DNA of 64,000 nucleotides from Candidatus Saccharimonadia bacterium (GTDB lineage Bacteria; Patescibacteriota; Saccharimonadia; CAILAD01; BJGX01): NCBI GenBank assembly GCA_039738615.1, contig JBCLLP010000001.1, positions 3,573 to 67,572 of the forward strand, read 5' to 3'. Shown piece by piece: positions 56,852 to 64,000 of this stretch (position 1 is its first letter; each line of letters starts with the position of its first letter). The notes under the pieces were generated by a model. It saw only the letters and a program-made list of their open reading frames with translations, ran no database searches and was not told where the DNA came from. The position numbers and the translations under genes were made by a program.

Positions 56852-57511
56852 TTATTTTTTGCCTAATACTACATTAGCCTTAGCAGGAGCGCCTGGTTCT
56901 ACTACCTCGCTAGCTGGTAGGGGTGTAAAAACACCTATCTTGTCGGCTAAAATAATCTTATTCTCATCTAGAATACCAGTTAAAAAGCGATCGTTAAGAT
57001 TGCGCCTATAGTCAAAGTCCTCAACAGTCAATGCCGAATAATTTAGCTCTCGGTTCATTTCCTTTTCTAGCTCACCAACTATTTTGGCTAGTTGCGACTT
57101 ATTCATATCTCCTATGATGAATATATCAATCTGTTGGTTACTGCCCCTTACAAATGCACCCGTCAAAAAAGCCATTCTTACATTACCAGCTTTTTGGATG
57201 TTTTTGAGGATTTGATCTTCCTCCTTAGTCTGCTTAATGGCTTTAGACTTAGCCGGAATACGCTGGAATATCGACTGAAGCTCCTTATGAAACTTATATT
57301 TTGAGTTTATTTCATAGTAGAGCCTGTTGCTTTGGCTTACCGAACGAACTATACCAATATTAAGCAAGTTCTGAAGCTCTCTACGGACAGAGTTGATTTG
57401 CTCTTCTATTTTACGAGTAATCTCGCGGACATAGAATGGTCGATCAGGATTATTGTAAAATAAGCTGAGTAGCTTTACTCGCGTCTTAGAACCAAACAAT
57501 TGTTCAAACAT
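56852..57511 (-). CDS. Putative regulator: N-terminal winged HTH plus C-terminal nucleotidyltransferase-like domain
   Basis: An N-terminal RVKLLSLFYNNPDRPFYVREITRKI HTH-like region is followed by MAFLTGAFVRGSNQQIDIFIIGDM, which resembles the minimal NTase G-x-aR-G ... D-hD motif. Confidence 0.35.
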   Translation of the reverse strand: MFEQLFGSKTRVKLLSLFYNNPDRPFYVREITRKIEEQINSVRRELQNLLNIGIVRSVSQSNRLYYEINSKYKFHKELQSIFQRIPAKSKAIKQTKEEDQILKNIQKAGNVRMAFLTGAFVRGSNQQIDIFIIGDMNKSQLAKIVGELEKEMNRELNYSALTVEDFDYRRNLNDRFLTGILDENKIILADKIGVFTPLPASEVVEPGAPAKANVVLGKK

Positions 57512-57619
57512 ATTGACCTCCTATTAATACTGAAAATTGTATTCTACATACAAATTTCAGGTTAGTTTATTGTATTATAAGAGCAATTGAACAATAAATC
57601 TAGACTATTATTGTATTAG

Positions 57620-58342
57620 CTATTGTGGTCTCCTAGATGCCGTAACTTTTGCGCGCATTGCTATGCTATCATCAATGTCTTCTAGGGCAATAGGCTGATT
57701 ATTTAATAGTAGGGCTTTTTGAATTAACCAATCACAAACTAGCGGATTCTTAGGCAAGAATGACCCGTGCATATAAGTTCCTAGGGCATTTTTGTATATT
57801 GCGCCTTCGATTTTGTCTTTGGGATTGTTGCCATAGCCTTTTTTGACTATCCCTAGTGGGTGGGCTCGCCCCACAAACTCAGTCGCCCCACTATGGTTCT
57901 CAAATCCTACAAGCTCTCCAAAATCTTGAGACTGCACCACTATATTGCCAATCATTCGGGTACTAGTTGCCCTAGAAATAACATTAAATAGGCTAATCCC
58001 TTTCAGCTCCCCATAATCGTTACTAATAAAATACTCGCCTAGTAGCTGGTAGCCACCACAAACCGACAATAGTGGTCCCCCAGATTCTACAAATTCATGG
58101 ATTTGACTGGCCTTGGACTCTAGATCCTTGGCGACTACCACCTGCCCCCTATCTTGCCCACCACCTATAAAAATAATGTCGATGTCTTTGGGTATTTTAC
58201 GCCCTGCCTCAATACTTTCAACCTCATTTTTGATGCCCCTCCAGCTCATTCTTTGGGTTAATGCAATGATATTACCATAATCACCATAAATACTCATTCT
58301 CTCTGGATAAAGATGGGCTATTTTGATTGCTTTCATTGCCAA
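57620..58342 (-). CDS. gatD: Lipid II isoglutaminyl synthase, glutaminase subunit (CobQ-type GATase)
   Basis: A type-1 glutamine amidotransferase with a catalytic Cys in the SVCGGYQLLG context. It sits immediately downstream of murT with an overlap. Confidence 0.75.
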   Translation of the reverse strand: MAMKAIKIAHLYPERMSIYGDYGNIIALTQRMSWRGIKNEVESIEAGRKIPKDIDIIFIGGGQDRGQVVVAKDLESKASQIHEFVESGGPLLSVCGGYQLLGEYFISNDYGELKGISLFNVISRATSTRMIGNIVVQSQDFGELVGFENHSGATEFVGRAHPLGIVKKGYGNNPKDKIEGAIYKNALGTYMHGSFLPKNPLVCDWLIQKALLLNNQPIALEDIDDSIAMRAKVTASRRPQ

Positions 58343-59709
58343 AACTCCTTAGCTGTATTATCACGTGCGACTATTTGGCTTCTGAGACTGAGCATTGCTG
58401 TATAGGTGGGCAATACAAACACCTTACTGCGAGGTGAGGAATTTTGCTCAATCATATCAAGCAGTTTACGGCTGTCCTCTACTATCATAATGTCTTCTAG
58501 ATCAGCATACTTGAGGCGTAAGGCCATATCATTTGCTCTGGAGCCTGCAACTATTATCTTGCCCCTGTAGGCCTGCAAGTCTTCCAAAGCACCGTCCCAG
58601 AGCCAACTTACATCCCTACCGTCAGCATAATTATCGTTAATTACAAAGACCAGCAAGCGATCCTTCTTATTTAGTAGGTAGGTCTGTATGACCTGATTAA
58701 GCCCTGTTGGGTTCTTGATTAGTAGCATCAGAATAGCGCGGCCGTGGTATTGGAGCTCTTCGGATCTACCAAATATAGCAGGTGAGCTACCTATAGAGCT
58801 TATAATATCCTCACTACTAAGCCCCAGGGCTGTTCCAGCCAGAGCATAAGCCGAGAGATAATTATAAACATTAAAGATGCCTGGAATATCTAATTTGATG
58901 AGCTTGTCGCTATTATTAATGCTAAATTGGATAGATTCTATGCCTGATTGCTTAATGTTGGTGGCCGAATAATTGGGCTTAGGCCTACTAAACCCTCCAT
59001 TTTTGGATCTGTATTTACCCATATGGCCAAAATACTGCTGAGTATAGTAGAGCCTCTCTTGAGTAAAGGGGTCAAAGATGCTATCTGCTGTATGGTCATT
59101 GGCTAGTTTGGGGGCAACGTAATCATCAACCCCAAAATACACCACTTTATGATTGCTTTCCAGCTCAAAGCCAAGGCTTGCTACCAATGGATCGTCGGCG
59201 TTTAGGATTATCTGGGCATCTGGTAGCTCGTCAAACAAGTTCCTAAACATCTTGGCGATTTTATCGAGCTCACCATACCTATCAAGCTGATCTCTAAATA
59301 AATTAGTTACTACTATCCAGTCTGGCTTAAGGGCCATACAGACCTTTGGCATATTAGCTTCATCAACCTCGAATAGCCCCATTTGAGCGCTGGCCTTGCC
59401 GTCTAAAGAGGACTCCTGAATGATAGAAGATATTAAACCCCGCTCCATATTTGAGCCGGTCTTGTTATGGATATAGGTAATGCCGTTCTGTTTTAGGATA
59501 TCAGCTATCAATTTGGTAGTGGTGGTCTTGCCGTTGGTACCGGTTACCATAATAACTCCCTTGGGGAAGTTATTATGGGCTAGCTTTAGAAGGATATCGG
59601 GATCTAGCTTTTGGGCTACCAAACCTGGTAGTGATGTTCCTCCAGAGCCTGATAGTCTATTAATCTTAAAGGCTGTTTTGGCAGCTAAAATGGCAAGTAA
59701 ACTTCGCAT
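58333..59709 (-). CDS. murT: Lipid II isoglutaminyl synthase, Mur-ligase-like subunit
   Basis: Mur ligase central-domain P-loop VTGTNGKTTTTKLIADIL plus a C-terminal DUF1727-like region. It is paired with gatD. Confidence 0.75.
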   Translation of the reverse strand: MRSLLAILAAKTAFKINRLSGSGGTSLPGLVAQKLDPDILLKLAHNNFPKGVIMVTGTNGKTTTTKLIADILKQNGITYIHNKTGSNMERGLISSIIQESSLDGKASAQMGLFEVDEANMPKVCMALKPDWIVVTNLFRDQLDRYGELDKIAKMFRNLFDELPDAQIILNADDPLVASLGFELESNHKVVYFGVDDYVAPKLANDHTADSIFDPFTQERLYYTQQYFGHMGKYRSKNGGFSRPKPNYSATNIKQSGIESIQFSINNSDKLIKLDIPGIFNVYNYLSAYALAGTALGLSSEDIISSIGSSPAIFGRSEELQYHGRAILMLLIKNPTGLNQVIQTYLLNKKDRLLVFVINDNYADGRDVSWLWDGALEDLQAYRGKIIVAGSRANDMALRLKYADLEDIMIVEDSRKLLDMIEQNSSPRSKVFVLPTYTAMLSLRSQIVARDNTAKEFWQ

Positions 59710-59713
59710 AACT

Positions 59714-60592
59714 CTATTGTATCAGACCTGCATTAAGATATTTGGCAGTAATTTCCTCTGCCTTAAAAGAATTAGTAGCCCAATGAATAGCATTATTACG
59801 CTTAAACCAAGTGATTTGCTTTTTAGCTAGGTTGATAGTGGCACTATTAATAGCCCTTTCAAGCTCACTACCAGCTATTATTCCATCTAAATACTCGCCT
59901 ACCTGTTTGTAGCCTGTGCTCTCAAGCCCAACACAATCACTACCAAATCGTATGCGAATATTTACTACTTCCTGAACAAATCCATTGTTCAATAATTGCT
60001 TGGTTCTTTGCTCAATATTATGCTTTATTATAGGTGTTAATGGCTTTATTCCTGCTATCATACATGGTATCTTTACCGACTCACGATCACTATTACTGGC
60101 TGGACCAAAACGTAGTAATTGCTCTATTTTGCGATGATTAGAGCCATCTATCTTGGCTAGCTCTTGGGGGTATAATTCTTGAGCATATGAGAGTTTTTGT
60201 TCTAGTGCCATTGTGGTAGTGTCAATAATGCGCATAGGGCTTCGAAATTGATAGTCAAAGAGCACAGAATCAATATACAAGCCGCTTCCCCCCACTAGTA
60301 TTGGTAGCTTGCCCCTGGCCTGTACCTGAGAAATGATTTTAGTGCATAATGTTTTAAATTCCACAACACTGAAGGTCTGATTAGGGTCCTTTATGTCTAT
60401 TAAATGGTGCCTAATACTTTTTTGTTCATCTGGGCTGGGCTTGGCTGTACCTATGTCCATACACCTGTAAATAGTTCTAGAATCGGCACAGATTATCTCT
60501 CCATTATACTTGCGGGCTATTTTTAGAGCCATTCCACTCTTGCCTGACGCGGTAGGCCCTACTATGACTATTAGCTTATTATTGATAGTCAT
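59714..60592 (-). CDS. miaA: tRNA dimethylallyltransferase
   Basis: P-loop IVIVGPTASGKS, then LYIDSVL and the IPT family core. Confidence 0.85.
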   Translation of the reverse strand: MTINNKLIVIVGPTASGKSGMALKIARKYNGEIICADSRTIYRCMDIGTAKPSPDEQKSIRHHLIDIKDPNQTFSVVEFKTLCTKIISQVQARGKLPILVGGSGLYIDSVLFDYQFRSPMRIIDTTTMALEQKLSYAQELYPQELAKIDGSNHRKIEQLLRFGPASNSDRESVKIPCMIAGIKPLTPIIKHNIEQRTKQLLNNGFVQEVVNIRIRFGSDCVGLESTGYKQVGEYLDGIIAGSELERAINSATINLAKKQITWFKRNNAIHWATNSFKAEEITAKYLNAGLIQ

Positions 60593-60607
60593 TAGTGTTA
60601 TTACTAT

Positions 60608-62428
60608 CTAGCTAACTGAGCGCGTTTTAATCATTTTAGTTAGTGTTTTAGTGATTTCATCAATAGTTTGTGAGCCTAAATCTCCCTTACCATATCTTCG
60701 CACAGCGACGGAGTTAGCCTCTTGCTCTTTTTGCCCAACAATTAGTGTATATGGCACCTTCATAAGCTCTGACTTACGAATTCGCTTACCAAGTGATTCT
60801 GATGCGTCATCTAGCTGCACCCTAATACCTTTAACTTTAAGCTGATCCTTGAGCTTACTGCCGTACTCATTATACTTATCTGATACCGGAATAATCCGAA
60901 CTTGCTCTGGTGCTAGCCATAATGGGAAGGCGCCAGCAAAATGCTCAATAAGAATCATAATAAACCTCTCAAATGATCCAAAAACCGCTCGGTGAATCAT
61001 TACGGGGTTCTTTTCGCTTCCTTGCGAGTCGGTATAGACCAGCCCAAATCTCTTTGGGGTAGCAAAGTCAAGCTGCACGGTGGCAAGCTGTGTCTCACGC
61101 CCCAGAGCGTCCTTGAACATAAAATCAAGCTTAGGGCCATAGAGCGCAGCTTCGCCTAGCATATTCTTAGCATCTAGCTGCTTTTCGGTAGCCATTTGTG
61201 TAAGCATCTGCTCGGATTGAATCCAATCCTTGTCATCACCTATATATTTCTCTGGTTTGCTGGGATCTCGCAGAGATAAAGACACCCAATGGTTGCCCCA
61301 CAAACCTAGTGACTGATAAAAGCCCGTAATAATATCTACTACCATCTCGGCTTCAGCCTTAATTTGTTCAATCGTACAGAAGGTATGTCCGTCATCTACA
61401 GTAAATCCTCTGGCGCGTTGTAGCCCACTAATTTCGCCGGGTTTCTCATCGCGGTATTGCATTGTCTGCTCCACATACCTTATGGGTAAGTCTCGATAGC
61501 TTCGTGGCCTAGAAGCATAAATCTGAGTGTGATGGGGGCAATTAACAGGCTTTAGCACAAAGTCTTGGTTATAATGACTCTTAATATGGAATAGCTCATC
61601 TGCAAACTTCTCGGCGTGCCCAGATTTTTGGTACAGCTCTAGCTTGGCAACGTGCGGAACAGACACCTGCTGCATATCGTACTTTGAGCTTATATCCTTT
61701 AGGACGGCTTTGAGTTCTTCAATAAGTATCGTGCCTCTTGGTGTATACAATGGAAAGCCAGCACCAACCAAATCCGAGAAGGTAAACAGATCTAGCTCCT
61801 TACCGAGCTTGCGGTGATCCCGTTTTTTAGCCTCCACCAGCAGCTCTTGATACTCGTCTAGCTGGGCCTTATTCTTAAAGGCTACGCCATAAATGCGCTG
61901 TAACTGTAGATTATTTTCATTACCTCTCCAATAAGCACCGCCTACCTTGGTCAGCATAAACGCCTCTAGGTCAATTTCTGAAGTATTAGCAATGTGTGGA
62001 CCTCGACAGAGGTCTATAAAGTCACCCGTCTGGTAAATAGTTACCGATGTAATTTTATCTACATTTTTTAAAACCAAGTTACTATCTCCTGTATCAGATA
62101 CAGCCGTACTGCCCTTGGTCTTTAAGTCATTAAGTAATTCAACCTTAAAATCTTGCTTTTGTTCCTTAAAGTACTTGATCGCTTCATCTATCGGCCACTC
62201 TTTAGATACAAAATCTAGCTTCTGGCCAGCAAGCTTCTTAGTGAGCTTTTGAATTTGCTTCATATCGTCTGTGCTAAGTGGGCTATCTAGCTGGACATCA
62301 TAGTAAAATCCGTTCTCGATAGTTGGCCCCACACCAAACTTAGCCGAGGGGTATAGCTGCTGTATGGCATAGGCCATAACATGCGCCAAACTATGTCTTA
62401 TTTTTTCTAATTGTTCGTTTTGTTCCAT
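60608..62428 (-). CDS. thrS: Threonine--tRNA ligase
   Basis: Class II core motifs are present (FRDEKPGEISGLQRARGFTVDDGHTF, and the motif 3 region around GAFPLWLAPEQ), with a C-terminal anticodon-binding domain. Confidence 0.9.
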   Translation of the reverse strand: MEQNEQLEKIRHSLAHVMAYAIQQLYPSAKFGVGPTIENGFYYDVQLDSPLSTDDMKQIQKLTKKLAGQKLDFVSKEWPIDEAIKYFKEQKQDFKVELLNDLKTKGSTAVSDTGDSNLVLKNVDKITSVTIYQTGDFIDLCRGPHIANTSEIDLEAFMLTKVGGAYWRGNENNLQLQRIYGVAFKNKAQLDEYQELLVEAKKRDHRKLGKELDLFTFSDLVGAGFPLYTPRGTILIEELKAVLKDISSKYDMQQVSVPHVAKLELYQKSGHAEKFADELFHIKSHYNQDFVLKPVNCPHHTQIYASRPRSYRDLPIRYVEQTMQYRDEKPGEISGLQRARGFTVDDGHTFCTIEQIKAEAEMVVDIITGFYQSLGLWGNHWVSLSLRDPSKPEKYIGDDKDWIQSEQMLTQMATEKQLDAKNMLGEAALYGPKLDFMFKDALGRETQLATVQLDFATPKRFGLVYTDSQGSEKNPVMIHRAVFGSFERFIMILIEHFAGAFPLWLAPEQVRIIPVSDKYNEYGSKLKDQLKVKGIRVQLDDASESLGKRIRKSELMKVPYTLIVGQKEQEANSVAVRRYGKGDLGSQTIDEITKTLTKMIKTRSVS

Positions 62429-62430
62429 AT

Positions 62431-62700
62431 TTATACCTTTCTTTTAACAAAAACCCGCCCTATTGCCAAGTCCCGATAACATCGGGAGGTTCCACTTAGC
62501 TTATCCGTGGCGGATCTCTCTTTATGCCCTGTAACGACCAGGCTTCGAGGCTTGCCATGGGTGGTTAAACTATAGCTCAAACGCCTTATTGATATCTGTA
62601 ATGATAGTATAAAAACAAACATTATTCAACTATATTTAAAGTTTATTGGGGTATGCCTATAATACTAGGCCCAGGATAGCCACTTTATTGTTTTTTTTAC
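62431..62700 (-). promoter_or_regulatory. Candidate T-box leader (tRNA-Thr-responsive) upstream of thrS
   Basis: On the minus strand: a stem closed by GGCG...CGCC containing UUUAACCACCC (a possible ACC specifier) and AAAGAGAGA; CGUUAC (F-box-like); UAAGUGGAACCUCCCG resembling the T-box consensus AGGGUGGNACCGCG; then the hairpin UCCCGAU-GUU-AUCGGGA and a GGGUUUUUGUU run before the RBS. Confidence 0.4.
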
Positions 62701-62713
62701 AACTAAAGGCACT

Positions 62714-63434
62714 TTATGGGCCCATAAATACAAGTGTGGCAAACCTACCCTCAGGCTCATCAGTAGCCATACTATGACGGTGCGAATAATAGCTTGTGTT
62801 AGTATAGGTATCTAGCTTACTTATGGCTATATTACTCTGTTGTATGCCCAGACTAAGGGCTTGCTTTAGAGCCATCGCTTTTATATCCATACGATACTTA
62901 TTGTCATTATTTAAGCTAAAGTATTGCCCCCAAAAAGTAATATCAACGCCTTGGTTAGTGCCAAATATATAGGAGCTCCTAGATATTGATGGGCCGCTGC
63001 TCATCAACACATCATTGGGCTTGGTGCCATATTGTATGCTCATTTTAACCATTACGGCAGCTAGTATATTATTCTCTACTCCTATTTCTGCCGGCGTGCA
63101 ATAGGGCTATTGCTTTATTGGTAGGATCATAGATTATAACAGGCATACAATCTGCGATATTAAAAAACAACCCACCCCCAGCCCTATTAGTCATAATTCC
63201 ATCAGCTTGGTTGCTAATGTCTGGGTTAAGAATATCGTTGCTAGGTAGGTCCTTATCGCTTGGCTCTACTATAATTATACCATGCACTAGCCTAATACCT
63301 ACTACCTACTCCGAGTTAATACCAGCCTTTTTTATGAAGCTTGTTCTGGAAGCTATAACCTGATCATTAGCTCCCCACTTAAAACTCATATTACCATCCG
63401 GTACCCTAGAGAACGCTATCCTTACACCATCCAT
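62714..63434 (-). pseudogene. pgeF: Disrupted pgeF/yfiH (peptidoglycan editing factor / laccase-domain purine nucleoside phosphorylase family)
   Basis: Three collinear fragments. The N-terminal piece MDGVRIAFSRVPDGNMSFKWGANDQVIASRTSFIKKAGINSE ends in a stop. The middle ORF carries the ADCMPVIIYD...LLHAG core. The C-terminal ORF carries the TYTNTSYYSHRHS...GRFATLVF end. These lie in different frames or are separated by stops. Confidence 0.6.
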
Positions 63435-63461
63435 ACCAATACTACCTTTCTAATAATTGCT

Positions 63462-63538
63462 GGTGGGTCCTAGGGGACTCGAACCTCTGACCTCTTCCAC
63501 GTCAAGGAAGCGCTCTAGCCAACTGAGCTAAGGACCCA
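63462..63538 (-). tRNA. tRNA-Val (anticodon GAC), CCA encoded
   Basis: On the minus strand: GGGUCCU-UA-GCUC-AGUUGGCUA-GAGC-G-CUUCC-UUGACGU-GGAAG-AGGUC-AGAGG-UUCGAGU-CCCCU-AGGACCC-A-CCA, with one A·C mismatch in the T stem. Confidence 0.75.
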
Positions 63539-63593
63539 TATCAACTGCTTTATTCTATCTTATAAACAGCCTAGTTTCAATTATACATCGCCG

Positions 63594-64000
63594 TTAGTAG
63601 TAATACTTTGTGTCGGTTGGGTTAATGGTTTCTCTTAATAAATCTCCAGCAAAGCCAACTCTATTGAGATTAACATAATTAGCCCCAAAGCTACGCAGGG
63701 GCATAATAGTATTGTTGCCATACCGACCATTTATGGCGTCGATAGCCACTGAAAGTGCCATATATTTGTCCATATTGCCATCTAAACCCAATGATAATTG
63801 ATTGGCCCTAGACAAATTAAAAAGTGTTATGCTGACCCTACGCACTGGTGATGGGAGCTTTATGAGTTTTTTTAACAACAATTGTGATAATGCGACTATT
63901 TCGTAGTCAGAGCTGTAAAATGTAACATTTTTATAGATATTACCCCACCATTGGCCATTATCAAAACATATATATAGCGCTATACCCCTTGCTGACAATG
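63594..64000 (-). CDS. dinB: DNA polymerase IV (Y-family), C-terminal part; the gene continues past the window end
   Basis: The little-finger region pattern RRVSITLFNLS...GLDGNMDKYMALSVAIDAINGRYGNNTIMPLRSF is typical of the DinB C-terminus. The ORF is open to the window edge. Confidence 0.6.
   Translation of the reverse strand, partial: LSARGIALYICFDNGQWWGNIYKNVTFYSSDYEIVALSQLLLKKLIKLPSPVRRVSITLFNLSRANQLSLGLDGNMDKYMALSVAIDAINGRYGNNTIMPLRSFGANYVNLNRVGFAGDLLRETINPTDTKYYY

Noticed and set aside
62431-62622. 63-aa minus-strand ORF immediately upstream of thrS
   Set aside because: It falls within the structured leader (T-box candidate) and is basic and low-complexity with no start context. It is more likely non-coding.

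Overview
This 64 kb window comes from a low-GC, compact bacterial chromosome with short, often overlapping intergenic spacers and divergent housekeeping proteins. The gene content (MurT/GatD, class I aldolase, a possible T-box leader) and an expanded 16S V1 helix fit a monoderm, possibly Patescibacteria/CPR-like lineage. I could not confirm the taxonomy from sequence alone.

Main features:
- The window opens inside a minus-strand 16S rRNA gene. Its 5' end is near 1178 and the 3' ~390 nt lie beyond the window start.
- Most of the window is core genes: gyrA, gyrB, pheST, trpS, rmuC, argS, smpB, fba, the infC-rpmI-rplT operon, rpmB, rnhA, uppP, murT-gatD, miaA, thrS and a partial dinB.
- Four RNA genes are absent from the ORF track: tmRNA (ssrA, 29077..29467, minus), RNase P RNA (rnpB, ~45470..46027, minus), tRNA-Pro(GGG) and tRNA-Val(GAC).
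- Accessory or unusual content: an 797-aa leucine-rich-repeat protein with 13 near-identical 63-bp tandem repeats, bracketed by a ~57-bp imperfect direct repeat that copies the 3' end and terminator of the neighbouring gene; a ~1.1 kb protein-free gap (16303..17394) holding a ~400-nt GC-richer, hairpin-dense region that I could not assign to any known RNA family; a ClpC-like double-AAA+ ATPase whose N domain is replaced by two transmembrane helices; a lone VirD4/TraG-like coupling-ATPase homologue; a UvrD-helicase/PD-(D/E)xK-nuclease fusion operon with a DUF45 metallopeptidase; a cell-surface polysaccharide-type operon (sugar transferase, GT4, a large extracytoplasmic protein, MacB-type ABC transporter); and a multiply disrupted pgeF/yfiH pseudogene.

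All calls rest on motif-level reading of the sequence and the ORF translations. No database searches were run.
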